From: Paraglomus brasilianum
Lineage: Eukaryota
Length of the DNA: 62,135 nt
Reading direction: 5' to 3'
NCBI GenBank assembly: GCA_910592345.1
Contig: CAJVPI010000066.1
Span: forward strand, 1 to 62,135
Shown: piece by piece, positions 1 to 13,275 of the stretch
Layout: the number at the start of each line of letters is the position of its first letter
Numbering within the stretch: the first letter of the stretch is position 1
Made by a program: the position numbers and the translations under genes
Notes under the pieces: generated by a model
What the model was told of the DNA's origin: nothing
Databases searched by the model: none
What the model saw: the letters and a program-made list of their open reading frames with translations, nothing else

Positions 1-565
1 CCTAAACGATATAGGGATTAATGGTTTCTCAGCTATACTAGAGAATGAAATAATAATCGTATACGCGCAGAGTATAAGGGAACTACTCGTTTATTAATAA
101 TATGAAATAAAAGAGACACAACGATCATAACGGAAAAAATAAGTACTTTCTGAACTGCCAACTTCTACCATCTTCGTCCACGTGTACAATTACCAACTTT
201 TACCAAAGTAATTTGAAAGCTAAACTATTGCGCGACTGCTATTATTATTGCGGCGTCATCACTCTTTTGTCTGGCGTTGGCACTGCCACATTTACCAATT
301 TCATCGTTGTCTGACAATGCCTATCCTAAATTTTCAGAGCTGCGCAGGAATATACATCATTCACCGTATGTCACCACATCTGTGACTCCTCAAGCGAAAA
401 GAGTGTGTGTAGGCAGTCAGTTGTATTAGGGCTACAATAACAAATTTTGGTGTCCTAAAAAGTAATAAAATAGGACATCACATAATTTATTTAGCGTCAC
501 CATTTGTGTAACACACAAAAAGGCGTCCATGTATGGGTAAAGATGATTTGAATATCATAAACCAA

Positions 566-1730
566 TTAGCCAGTCTCCAAATAAAGATTCAATAAAGTCA
601 TTAATAAGGACAGGATACGAAAATTGATTGTGCATGGGTTTTTGCAAGTTTCCATAGTATTAATGTCTAAGAAGACTGCAATATTTGTCAAAGTTTTATA
701 AAACTCAGAGTTCTCATCTGGAGGTGTTTTCATGATAGTCTGTAATCCATCAACAACTAAGATGACTGTCAGCATCCTTCAAGTTCTTTTGCCAAACTCT
801 CGATCCATTACTTCCAAAAAGATTTCTCATACTTAGTGACCAATCCCATGATTTCTCATGGATGTGGTTGCTCTATGCTCATAGTAATAGTTTTGAATGA
901 TGTGGGCTAGCTTCATGTTCTCTGGAAGAAGTTGAAAGCATCTGGTTTCCAATGCCTCAAATGCACTGATTTCAATGTTATCCTCTAGGCCACTACCATT
1001 CTCAAAGCATCCTTCTCTATTGGGTTTCTCCAAGGGAAACCTAAAATGGAACACTCCGGCATTTTTGATCTTGTTTCTCAACTCCTGGGGCTGTTCTGGT
1101 AATAGTAAGCATAAATTAAAATATGCCATCTGGGGAATTCAGGGATTTTCTACCAGCTCCAGAGAGCAATAGAAATAATGGGATTGTTAGTGATAATTAT
1201 ACTGTTATTATTATATAAGCTTGTCTCACAATATTTGATACACCTCTGGATGTGGTTGATATTCCAACAGTATTGGTATAAAGCATGGACTTTTGTATTG
1301 CAATCCTGGTAATTTAAATTAATAAATCAGGATAAGAAAAAGATCTCTAGCTTCAGAGTTTACTTCCACCATTAGGAAAAGCATCACAGACTTTCATTTT
1401 GCTAGGGGTAGCTGTGAAAATAAATAAATAAATAAATTGAGCATGAACAGATGGAATATAAGAGAGGCAATGCAGCATTGGTAACATCACTCACTGGAAG
1501 CTGCGAAATTATATTAAAAAATAAAAAATAAAAAATAAAAAAAGACCATTATAATCATATAATAAGATATAAAATAACAGCAATGAAGAAAAAAGATGTA
1601 GTGAGTATGAGAACAAAGTAGCATAAATCAGAGGAAGTTAGTCAATGTCCCAAGTGATGACCAAAAATCAATCAATAATAATGTCATACATACTACTTAC
1701 CAGGTAAACATGCAATGATGACATGGATGC
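566..1730 (-). pseudogene. Decayed Crinkler (CRN)-like gene with P-loop NTPase region
   Basis: Fragments in order on the - strand: IHVIIACLP followed by a GTAAGT donor (~1695-1728; resembles the HVLVxxP end of the CRN N-terminus), IPLFLLLSGAGRKS (degenerate P-loop), FENGSGL..ETRCFQLL and TVILVVDGLQ..SEFYKTLTNIA. Frameshifts and stops lie between fragments; CpG is strongly depleted. Confidence 0.5.
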
Positions 1731-3456
1731 ACTCTATAGAAGTCCTTGTGCATATGTGAGAGTGAAATTGAGAGAGAGTTCGGCAGTAAGTATAAAATAA
1801 GTGAAACAATTCCGAGCATAAAGCATACAACGTTGGCTGTTCATATTCAAGGCTGCCTTAACGAACGAGTCACGTGGAGATGCATAAGCTCCTTATAATT
1901 TAGTATGCAGAACGCAAGAATTAACACTGCTGATTTAGCTACTCGGTTAGTTCTTCATTTTGGAATTGGTACTAATTTTTGAATTAACGATAACTGTCCC
2001 TGTTCTTTGGGTTTGCTAAGCTATTAATTTTCGCAATCCTCGCTTTCTACCCAAAAATTTAGGGGTTTATCGTATAATAATAATAATCTGAAACAGCAGG
2101 TACAGGTAGTTCTTTAGGTTACATACATACATGTACAACCAAGTTATTGATATGTGAAAGGAAGCATGCGATAGTCAAATGAGCTGTTCTTGGTTACGAA
2201 CACCCAAGCAAAGCGCGAAAGCTTCTGCAAACTTTGTAGAGAAATGTCTCCTTCAATTAGCATAACGAACCGTGTTTGTACCATGTAGTCTTTTTGTGAA
2301 AATACCTTGGTTTTATAGTTGTCCTTATTGAGCTCTAATTATAATATAATTGGAAAATAGTTTCTTAATATACACTTGGATGACCAATTCTTTTCTTTTC
2401 TTTTCTATGATCAACCTAAGATCTCCCTGTCATCATTCCTCACTTTAAGAATTCGATCAACCTAATTAATGAGTTGACTTTTTACCCTTAACAGACTCCT
2501 TGTTGATTTTCAATAGGTCCAAAATTAGGTTATAATTGTAATTAAAGTTAGCGTTAAATTTAAGGTTACTTTAAAAATTATATTTTGTTACCATGTTTAC
2601 CAATAATGTTGATTTAATATCTAGCGTTTTATGTACTCCGCTTTGAATTGTATAACATTGCTTCACAATGATTCGCGAGATAAATACACAAGAACCGTTA
2701 AACTGAATAATCACAGATTGTTCCGCATTTGAATAATTATTCGGATGAAACGGCCTTTTTTGGTAGGCAAACTAAGTTGCATTAGGACTTCACTGACATG
2801 AAATGGATGATCCGTAATAAGCCTGCATCTAGAACCATAGTAATAAGTAAAGAACAAAACCCCATTTTTATGAGTATAGAAGTTGAAATGCGAATACCAG
2901 TACATCTCAACCTTGGCTTCAGCAAATGTTCGAGTGCTGACCCGAAAAAGACGCTATTCAACGTACAATAATTATCTATAGTCATATCTACAATTCCGAG
3001 TATCATCTCGCTGGTTTACAGATGCACAGACTTGGGGCTTTGAAACTTTGAACAATAATGGAACATCCCTCTCCCCACATCCCCTACACTGGATGACACA
3101 CCTCCCCCTTCTCCTTCTGGTTTTGTAACAGTTGTGATGTATAAGATCGATAATTTATGGTTTCTTTTTCGAGTGGCCCAGCAATTTATTTCTTTCGCGG
3201 CCACCACATTAGTATTTGCTAATTTTTGAGGGGTAAGAGGCTTGTTATGTTGTATGAGATATCGATGAGATAAATAATGGTAAGAGCACTGCTGCGCTCA
3301 TTTGATAATAAAATAATGTAATCAACTATATATTCGAAATAAGATATTACGACTAGAAAATAATAGTATTATTTTTGATGCTAATGCATACCAAGCATCC
3401 AAAGATCAAAGAATATCACCCGCCCTCCACTTTTCCCCTTCTCGATCGGTTCATGT

Positions 3457-4800
3457 CTATTGGAGAGTGTCCAGTTTCATTCTATATTCGTTCCATGCCC
3501 ACCATTCTTGTGTCCATCCCTTGGCCCAAACCACGCCTAAAAACACTTGATCTTCGATCCCATCCACAACCGAAGATGAATTTCCCACCACAGTATTTTC
3601 ATCTATTGTTTCGTTACTCTCATCGTTGTGACTAGCTTGATCCGCTCCGTCATTGCCAGTACTGTGAACAGAGACACTTTCGCTAATTCCTTTCCCGGCA
3701 TCGCTATCCGCTATGCTCGAGGCCGTATTTCTACCCTTCTCCAGTCTAAATACAAATTCCTGGGCATATATGACCAACTTTTCACCGCCAGCTAGACGAA
3801 ACATGTCTTCCAAAGTTTTGTTGCGAGGACCAAATGACCCAAGAAGAGAAGCAACGTCGATTCCCGTAACCTGAACTCCGTCGATTTCCAATCGTATCCC
3901 GTTGAGAATATTACGCATATTCCACCCTGTATTTAACGAACGTGATAACTTGATCTTGGTATCATCACCATAGATGTCTCCTAGGGTATCAAGTGCTTTC
4001 TTGTCTTGTTCATTTAGTATCTCTGTATGAAATCGTATAGTGGATTCCGTGCTTTCTATATCAATCGTAAGAACCGCTCCGGTAAAGAACTCGACTGCCG
4101 ACGGACTAGCCAGTTTCGATTTAATAAATTCCTTGTGTATCGGGACATCTCGAAGTGAAAGGAGAATCTTGTCTTGTGAGGTGAACGGATCTTTATACCG
4201 TAAAGGGGTTGGAGTCTCGGCTTGAAGTAGTCTTGCCAGTCTATCTAGCCCATAGAAACGAGCGTCTTCGAGCAAGCTTTCACGGAACAAGTCTAGCGAC
4301 ATACCAGGTGGGAGGTTTACAGAAGACAGGGGAAATATGTTGTATCCTCGTAAATATCTCAAAATCACTTCGAATAATCGAGGATCCCTGTCTATTTTCA
4401 ATTCTCTGACGGCCGGAATATTTATCAATGTATCCGGAGTAGTTTGAGTACTGACGTCGATATTATCCATAACGTTCGTCGTTGGGGTTTCGGTACTATA
4501 TGCTCGACCGACTACACCGTCTCTGTCTTCTTCGTTGTCGTCAGATCCGTTATTACATTTTTTGTTAAGGTCATCGACCTCGTCTCCGAGAAAACTCTGA
4601 GTGAAAAAGTTGGGAGAGTCAAAGATAATCGAAGAACGATATAATCTGAACATCTGTTCCCCCACATATACGGTATACGAGTTCGTTATTGCGGGGGGGA
4701 GACTCGAGAGCTTATTGGAATTGTTTGCAGAAGCTGCAAGAGTGGAGGTAGTCGACATGTCAGAGACGGAAGAAGGCTCGGGCGGAAGTAACTCGGGCAT
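3457..4800 (-). CDS. BTB/POZ (KCTD/T1-type, yeast Ylr108c-like) domain protein, 447 aa, intronless
   Basis: First ATG at 4800 (MPELLPP). BTB motifs YTVYVGEQMFRLYRSSI.FDSPNFF, IDRDPRLFEVILRYLRGY and LLEDARFYGLDRL. Confidence 0.85.
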   Translation of the reverse strand: MPELLPPEPSSVSDMSTTSTLAASANNSNKLSSLPPAITNSYTVYVGEQMFRLYRSSIIFDSPNFFTQSFLGDEVDDLNKKCNNGSDDNEEDRDGVVGRAYSTETPTTNVMDNIDVSTQTTPDTLINIPAVRELKIDRDPRLFEVILRYLRGYNIFPLSSVNLPPGMSLDLFRESLLEDARFYGLDRLARLLQAETPTPLRYKDPFTSQDKILLSLRDVPIHKEFIKSKLASPSAVEFFTGAVLTIDIESTESTIRFHTEILNEQDKKALDTLGDIYGDDTKIKLSRSLNTGWNMRNILNGIRLEIDGVQVTGIDVASLLGSFGPRNKTLEDMFRLAGGEKLVIYAQEFVFRLEKGRNTASSIADSDAGKGISESVSVHSTGNDGADQASHNDESNETIDENTVVGNSSSVVDGIEDQVFLGVVWAKGWTQEWWAWNEYRMKLDTLQ

Positions 4801-5556
4801 AACAACTGGTCGAATGCTAAGGAGGGAGTGTCGGTTTATTTCGATATTTGACCGCTTCCAATGTTTGACTGCTTCAATGTTTGAGGGTACACGTGTACCA
4901 CAACAATAATCGGATACAAAATATAGAAAATATAGTGTCACCTGACGAGAGATTTTTAAAAATAATCGTGTGATAACAAGATCCTTTATTTACGAGGTAA
5001 AGTGATTCAACTTTTTACAATCGGTAAGAGACGATTTACTAAGGAGAATTTATATACAGTAGGAGAAGGTGTACGATGGTTACGCAAAGGATAAAGTAAT
5101 TCGTAGATACATAGATATATATATATATAATTATAATATAATAATATATATATACCTTGGCGACAGAACAGAGAAAAACGTAGAAAGAAAATAGTTACAG
5201 AAACGGAATATGGAGAAATTGATTGATTACTTACAAGAACTGTCGCAAGAATAGTATGCTTGTTATTTTGTTTCCTAAAATTTTTCTTGGGTATTTTTTG
5301 GTTTTGTATATATATCGAGTATTGTAGTTTAGTTGTTTTCTTCATAATAGAAAATCAAAATTTTCAGTTAAAGACAAAAAGAAAAAAGAAGAAAAAAAAA
5401 AAGAGAAGACAATAAAATGTTCTTTTCCTTTGCAAAAAAATATAAAAATTACTCTAATCATTTGAAGATAGAATAATAAAAAAGTAAATTAAGGTTGAGA
5501 GATAGGCTCATACATATGAAAAAAGTCTATGTTTTTTTTTTTTCAGAATGAGTAAA

Positions 5557-8500
5557 TCAGATCCAAGATTTCCCAGTCTTGAATATGACACCGTCTCCAC
5601 GACTCAACAGGATTGGCCTCGAGTGACTATTAAGCTGACAACTTAGACGCCCATTAACCATACGATCGCTCTTAATGATTCCATTACTTGTTCCACTATA
5701 TAGCAATTCATCTGGTATCCAAGCCAGGATGCATTCCCGAGATCGATATTCTGTCCTTGGACTTGGTATATCACCAAACCAGACCATTAAATCGCGGGTG
5801 TAGTTCTCACCAAAGATTGTGATTGTGTTTGGTATAGTTGATCTAGCGAGTTGAGTGTTTGCGGGTAATGTGTTTGAAGAAGCAGCGGACACTATGTTAG
5901 TGACGCTAGGCACAGGAGTGACTGGTGTTGTCGATGGCGGAACAGGGAATTGTTGGGTTGGACTGAGCTGTGATGTAGCGTTGACTATCGTTTGTGGACA
6001 ATAGAAGGTATATGTTGCGCAATCTGTTGGAGAAAAAAAATATATGTTAATATCGAGGCTGGTAGACAAAATGTATGAATTTTTCTCAACTATAACTGTA
6101 TTACTATACTAACCAGTCCCCACGATAGTCCATACAGCCGAATCAGTAACATCCTCGGTCCATATCGCTCCAGCGTTGGCATCATTATTTGACCGAGAAC
6201 CAAGTCCCCTCGTGGCTTCTGCAATGCGCGCAAATTCAGGCTCGTTTCCTACTGCACTCATGCTATTGACCCTTCGTCTTTTCATGGAAACCTTGGCCAT
6301 GGCGCTAGTGGGTTTGACAGTAGCCGAGGAACGTCTCTTGCGAGAAGTAGTGGTCCTCGTGCCATCAGAAGATAAAATAGTACTTTCGCTGAACGGAGCT
6401 GCATTGGATGCAAAGGATGTCTGTGCCGCTGCCCATGCTGCTATGGAAGTTGTCATGTTTGTACTCGGGGGTATCACGTCGATGAATGAAGTGCTATTAG
6501 TGGCTGAAATTGCCGCAGTAGAAATGAGTTTACGGCCGTCGTTTGCACGTTGCTGACCGACCACATCACTGAGGCAAGCAAGATAAACTCCTGGACCCGA
6601 CGGGAAATTTGGATTTGTGCAGTTTTGAATATTGGAAGACATCATAGTTTCCTGGTCTTTAATCTGGAAAGCGACCTTGTGAAGTTGAGAGACCGGATCA
6701 CCAAGTGCTATTGAACCAGGCAAATAACGTGATATCAGTATAACGCGATATGAATTGTTCACAAGACACGTGTATATAGAAATATTCTATTTACCTTCGC
6801 TCACATATCCATTATTGTCTTCAAGCACCGCACCGCCGATTACCATACTCCCCTTGTCTACCTTTCTAATAATCATTACTGGACTAGTAATACCGGTTGA
6901 CAAGCACTGCAATACAACTGGCTGATTATAATGTATCGGAATGGGATTGTTTGGATTGTACTTGAGAGCATTGAGCGGAGGCCGAGGGAAACTTGGATGA
7001 GGAGGTACTTGAGGCTCATCTTTGCCCTTGACGTAATTGGTATCGACTATCCAGATAATAAATGGATCCCAACTACCAGTCCGCGCAACAAATGTTCTGC
7101 CTTGTTCGACTGGGCTTACAGATGCAAACGCACCATTACTCCAGGGCGCAAAACTCTGCCCATGACAGTTTCCCGAAACGCCGAGATATTTTGTAGAGAC
7201 CGTTTGTGATCGGATTCTATTGAACAGGGAGATTGTAGTTCCGTGATGTATGCATACTAGATGGACAAGAAAGAAATTAGCATCTGTTTATTCATGAAAA
7301 CTTATAATAATGGATAGTCGTTATCTTTCAACTTACACTCCATATTTTTGACGCTCTGCCTCTTCTTACTGGGCTTGCTGATTACTTTAATAGGCTTGCT
7401 AGCAAAGCAACCAAAGCTTTGCCCACATGGATTTTGAATTTTGACATTGACTTCCACCCGCTTTCTCTTTTCGTCCGTGTCATTGATATACAAGTGCTTT
7501 GACACACATTTTCCACTAATGGCCATCTCTGAGCATGATGTTGGATCTAGCGAAGTGCCAGATGGACTAATCCACTCGAATATGCCGGCGTGGTGACTTT
7601 GTTCGCTGGATATGCCGACGGTAATCCTTGGTGGACTGAGAGACGATGTCTGAGTAGTATGACTATCAGTGTTGGGCGGTGACTGAGACCACCAACTGGA
7701 GCCCAGAATGATAGTTGTGGGTGGCGGGCATAAGAATCTCTTTTCGGTTCCATACGATTTTTGCGCAACTTTAGAGGTCATCACCATAACAGTCTTTTCT
7801 CCTAGGCTGGACGGGTTAGGAGCGCTCAAATACGCGTGAATAATTGGTCTATATAAAATATAATAAAATACGGTTATACACGTGCCAATGTCACTCGCAA
7901 ATCAAACAATCAGCTGTCGGGCAAAGAGTTGAATACAAACCCCATAATGGCCACCGTCGTATTCTGACTTAATCTAGCATTGACACGTGTGCTAATCTCG
8001 GGTAGTATATGTGATGACAAAAAGGCTGATGGAGCAATAGTGGAAGTGTTCAATAAATCATCCTCCTCCTCGAGGATGGCACTTGCCAGCGAAGTACGAC
8101 GAATATATGCAGAATTAGAACGTTGTGGAGAAGTGGGAGATTTTGGCGACTTGGGGGTTGCAGCCGAATTACTATCAGCAGGAGAATCTGCAGATGAAAG
8201 CACTGGCGACGCAACATCCGACTTTAATAAAGGAGTGGTTGTTAGTTGGGTACTTTGCCGCCTGCCTGATATCTGCATCTGACATTGGCCTAAATCCGAT
8301 CTATACGTTTTGCTATTAAAGTAATCAGCGGATAGTTCGACTTCGATGGCACCTGGCGTATTCGCGAGCAGTTCGGTAAACGACTGTGGTGAACTGTAGC
8401 TCTGCGCCAATTCAACCGCTGCAGGGGGAATCGTCTGAGTCTCTTCTAGTTTTTCGCCCGGACTGTATCCTAGTAATTGCGGAGTGGTAGAGGCACTGTC

Positions 8501-9553
8501 ACATCCTTGATCACACAATGTGGACACGTTTAAATCATGAGAAGAATGGATGCTCCTGCTTATATCATTAAATGGGTAGTTATTAGTGCCGTAGACGTTG
8601 GAGTTGACAAAGACGGGAGTAACGGGAGATGGAGTGCTTGCGGATGATTCGGCATATGCATAATCGGCGGCCATCTGATTATAGTCATCGGATGCAATTT
8701 CGAGCGAAAGTGGTTGCGGCTTTCTATTGTTGCGAGCAGACGAATCGCCCGGTGAACTGATGGGATGAGCAGGTTGTTTCTGCAAACGCTCTTGGTTGTC
8801 GGGTGATTCCGTTATATGCTGCAGACTGCTACGCCTCGCCAGATGCTCTTGTTGTTCTTGCTGCTGCTGCTGCTGTTGCTGTTGTTGTTGCTGTTGCTGC
8901 TGCTGTTGTTGTTGCTGCTGTCGTTCATGTAGGGCGACAGTAACAAACTCGGCCAACAAGCCAGTTTGCTGACCACAGTCGAAACCTTCATAATTGCTCT
9001 CGGATTGTTGCTGACTGTCGACCAATCCGACATCGCTGTACATCAGATCTGTATCGGTTGGACTGGTAAGTGGAGTGGGCATTTGATTCTGTTGGAGAGA
9101 GGCGATGTTGTAATGAGTCGTATACTGAGGTTGCATATTATATAGGCCGTTCTGAAGTGATAATGTCCAACTATCCATGCCGAGTGGAGAAATGTTGCTC
9201 ACGAGAGAAGCGTTATTTTGAGACGGCCAACCGCCGGTTAGCGAGGCACCAGGCTGACAGACTGCGATTTTGTGATGTTGAAGCTGTTGATGTTGATGAA
9301 GATGTTGGTGCTGTTGTTGGTGCTGATGTTGATGTTGGTGCTGATGTTGATGCTGATGTTGATGTTGGTGCTGGTGCAGGGTACAGTCTACTAGAGCAGA
9401 ATCGACTGATTTTCTCCTCTTGTTTTGATTGCCAGCCACGGGAGATTCGACGTATGTCTTGTGGGGTGAAGCCAATTCCATTGTTGTAAACGAGTCGAGC
9501 GAATATGTAGGAAAGTAATCAGATTGATGAAGAGAGTCGGAGACTCTGACCAT
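5557..9553 (-). CDS. CSL (CBF1/Su(H)/LAG-1) family transcription factor, ~1215 aa, probably fungal class F2 (Cbf12-like)
   Basis: Five exons (9553-7941, 7848-7337, 7256-6795, 6707-6114, 6023-5557) join in frame. Motifs: SKVAQKSYGTEKRFLCPPP and ISKPSKK (LAG1 DNA-binding domain), SLFNRIRSQTVSTKYL, GDPVSQLHK and WTIVGTD (beta-trefoil), GENYTRDLMVWFGD (IPT/RHR-C). Confidence 0.95.
8858..8920 (-). repeat. CAG/CAA repeat encoding ~Q21 in the CSL N-terminus
   Basis: (TGC/TGT)n on the + strand, in frame with CSL exon 1. Confidence 0.95.
9272..9378 (-). repeat. (His-Gln)n repeat in the CSL N-terminus
   Basis: Translates as HQHQHQHQHQHQHQHQHQHQQQHQHLHQHQQLQHH. Confidence 0.95.
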
Positions 9554-10345
9554 AATATGCGTATTACAGATATAAAAGGATTATGAGCGATATAGTGCCC
9601 TATAAAAATTATGTTGGCAAAAGAGTAACGTAATGATAAGCAGTGGATAGGAGCACGAGTATACGTATGCTATTAGATAGAGTATACAATGCGTTTAATT
9701 ATGCGTATCTACTATGGGTTGGCAGATAAAAAAGAGTAGGTCGGGGGGGTTGGTAGAGAGAGAGCTTAAAGGTAGGGCAGGCGATAAACCGCGTAATAGA
9801 AAAAGTATACAAGAGGTGTTGTTGTGTTGTAGTCGTAACGTTTGTTATAGTAGTCTTTTACATTCACGGACGCAGGTATTAGACTTGAGTTCGTCTTCGT
9901 AAGATAATGCAAAGGGGCATGCTCTCAAAGACAGCGAAGAGTCACTTTTGGATTTTTCGTCGTGGAATAACACAACACACAAAAGGCACACTTCATATTT
10001 ATGGTGATTTAGTTTTGCGCTCGCTGATCGCATCCGTCCAATTACATTACACAGTGTTATTTATGTTATTCTTTATGTATATAATATAATATAGTACATT
10101 CAATAGAATATAGTTTATTTTAATTATGCATCTAAAATAGTTTATTTATTATCTTGTTCAATTATTTTAATTTATACTATGGATTATTTATTTATAGGCG
10201 ATAAGCATTGAACTACTTTGTTATAACAAGCGCTACTTTAACTAATTGTGGGCATTGCATTTTACAGCGTATGACCATTATTTAAGCTACTGTATATTTA
10301 TTTGTTAGACGGCATAGTGATTAAAGTTTTTTCCTGTTATTGAGT

Positions 10346-10388
10346 GGGGGATGGGGGATGGGGGATTGGATGGGGGGATGGGGTGGGG
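10346..10388 (+). other. G-quadruplex-forming motif upstream of CSL
   Basis: Six runs of 4-6 G with 1-7 nt loops (GGGGGATGGGGGATGGGGG...GGGGGGATGGGGTGGGG). A G18 homopolymer lies at 10783-10800. Confidence 0.6.
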
Positions 10389-11241
10389 ATGCTGGAATCT
10401 CGATGGGGATACGTGACATTTAACCACTTTGGCCCCCCGTCTAACAAGTGGCGATATTCCGTCTCCGATGTCTCCGATGGGCCATATGCCCATACATTGC
10501 CTATCCCTCGTTTACTAGCATGTTTTGCAAAAAAACCCAAACGTAATTCACAACCGTCACTCGAGAAACTGTCATTCACGCCAGACTTTCTCCATGCCCT
10601 TTGTTCTCGTCATTATTAACTGGACTCGCTCATGTGAGTTTACCATTCGCACACCAGCGCAGCGCTCACGCTAAGCTCTATTCTGAATCATCCGAAAACA
10701 GATTGGAATCAACAAACATTTGGACTTGTAACCAATGAGAGACTGCAATATTTCCACGAAAAAAGCCAAGCAAAAAGGCTATGGGGGGGGGGGGGGGGGG
10801 AGGAGGAAAAGTATCGATTGGAATTAAGTTTGTAGGGTAGGAAAGTCGAAAGTCGAAAGTCGATTATCTATCCATGGCCATACGTACTTAATTCCATGTA
10901 TCGAACGTTTGTATTGATGAATTAGCTTTGTGGACAACGTTCGACTCGCTCCATGCTTTTCCAAATACATTCCGTTTTTTTCCTTACAGTTTCCCAATTG
11001 CAAAAAGATATGGGTGTACTTGACAGTTCCAGACTTGTACATATTTGCAATAGATAAGAAGCATGATAGATAGTTGTACTAACATGCCGTGTGTCGAATG
11101 AGTGTTCGAAAATTCATAATCTGCAAGTGACTTTGCAGCCAGTATACCATTCCGGGAAACTTATATAGTGTTGTGACAATTCAAAAGACCAATTGATACC
11201 AAATATCAGTCACTTTAAGTTTGGCTATTTTACAAAGGCCG

Positions 11242-11309
11242 CATCGTTCTCTACATCATTCTCTACATCATTCTCTACATCTTTTCCCGTTCTCTACATC
11301 GTTCTCTAC
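11242..11309. repeat. 12-bp tandem repeat (CATCRTTCTCTA)n
   Basis: About 5 imperfect copies read directly. Confidence 0.85.
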
Positions 11310-13117
11310 CCCCTCGAGTGGAGTGACCCCCACCCTTTGCAATTGGATCCAATTATATCTACTCAACATGACACCATAATTCCATAACATTACAGTTTTA
11401 TGTATGACACTGACATAGTGTCATATCTATTGAAAATTTCGAATAAAAAGGTTATTATCAATCAGTGGTATTAGTATTAGTATACATACAACCACTGACT
11501 GTCCAGACTGCGAATATACCCCATATGGTTACGAGGTTTTGATGACCTTTGTGGTTTGATTAGAGAGACGAGATATTGTGCTACCTGCATATCGGCCAAT
11601 CGATCCAAGAAGAATCTAAGAAGAACATGAGGCGGTATAATATAATAACAGGTGATAGTGAGTTTACAATAAAGGGCTATTATAAATATATAGACGGATA
11701 GGCCGGGATGTGTCTGCAGTTACTGGGTATGCACTTTATCGATAGTAATAATACGAGTTTCACGATTGGGGCCCACCAACATTTCGTTTCAGGCTTGGTG
11801 ACGCAAACGAAAGAATCATGTGCACCGAGTTTACTCGGGACCTTCAATAAGCCACAATTGTTATCCATTGGGCCACACACAATCAAGGATATGAAAATAT
11901 GCTTACGTTTACTTACTTTATTATACACTTTACAGTACAGCACAGCATAACTTTTTTTTTTTTTTATTTTTACACTTGACAAGTCACTCACTATTATGGT
12001 GTATTAGTAGCTGTATACTCCTGTGATTTCGGCTCAAACAGGCATAATTACTGACGCCAATCTGTGTCATCAGTACACTTAAAATCATTTAAAAGGGTAT
12101 AAATATTTAGATATTAATACAGTCAACTCTATTTTTGCCATTGAGTGTTTTACTACTACTATTATTACGATTACTATTATTATTTACTACTATTATTAAT
12201 TTTTATTACACTATTGTTATTGCAACATGTGTGTATTTTCTTTGACCGTTACCCATAGTAGTTACCCACCCTTCTCTTTAACTTTTTTTTTTTCCTTCCC
12301 AGCGAATGATTACAGTTTAAGCGATCGTTTAACGATCGTTTAACAAACACCTTGAATCACACCCAAAGTTGCCATTCTAGTCGACATAAACAACCCTTTG
12401 CTCGGAACTTATTGTTTATTTTTATTTGTATATAATAAATCTCATGAGAAAGATGTAAAGACTTACTGTATTTTTTCCTCAACTTGTTATTTATTCGGCA
12501 TAAACGGTAGACTCCGGCTAATGTGTGTTTAATGTATTACGTAAGAACAGCCTGTTGCTTAGTATTAACGGTTCAGGACCGTTGACACATTTGATGGGCA
12601 CAGCCGATGCTGAGGTGCACAGTCCAACTGCTGTAAATGTCTGAATATGTCGGGGGAGCATGTTACTTTCATCATCATTGCATATTTCGATTGATAAAAC
12701 CCGGGAATTTCGATTCGAAACGGGGAAAAGATTGGGAAAAGATAGGAACGTGGACCCATTATATTGGAGACGGCTAGCCAAGAGATTTAAGGTACAAGAC
12801 ATCGCGCAGTATTGTACGTATAAATAATAACTAACGGAAATGCATCCGAACATTTAGGTCTATCATATGGGCTTAGTAGGTACTGTATTACAACCTACGT
12901 CATAGATTTGCGCAAATGATGTAACTTCTAATTACTAACTGCAACCATTAAAAGTTGTTTTTAATATTTAAAGGGCAGACAGATTGTGCGTCCAAGAAAT
13001 GACGGGAAATGTCTGGAGAAAAAAAAAGTTTTTGTTGAGCGGAATTTACAAACTTAAATGGACATATTAAAATAAACACACACGCAATATGACAATAATA
13101 ACAACACAGCGAGCATG

Positions 13118-13275
13118 AATGACGACGACGATGGCGATGGTGATGATGGTGGTGGTGATGGTGGTGGTGATGGTGGTGATGATGATGATGATGATGACGG
13201 TGGTGATGGTAATGACTGGTGATGGTGATTTTCGACTAGCAATGGTCGACTGGTGATGGTGATTTTCGACTGGTG
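13118..13275. repeat. Compound GAT/GGT/GAC microsatellite
   Basis: Trinucleotide tract followed by a duplicated GGTGATGGTGATTTTCGACT. Confidence 0.9.

Noticed and set aside
2700..3210. Overlapping short - strand ORFs
   Set aside because: No motif and no consistent splice model.
4801..4941. Non-ATG (GTG) upstream extension of the BTB ORF shown in the ORF track
   Set aside because: Eukaryotic gene; the first ATG at 4800 was used instead.
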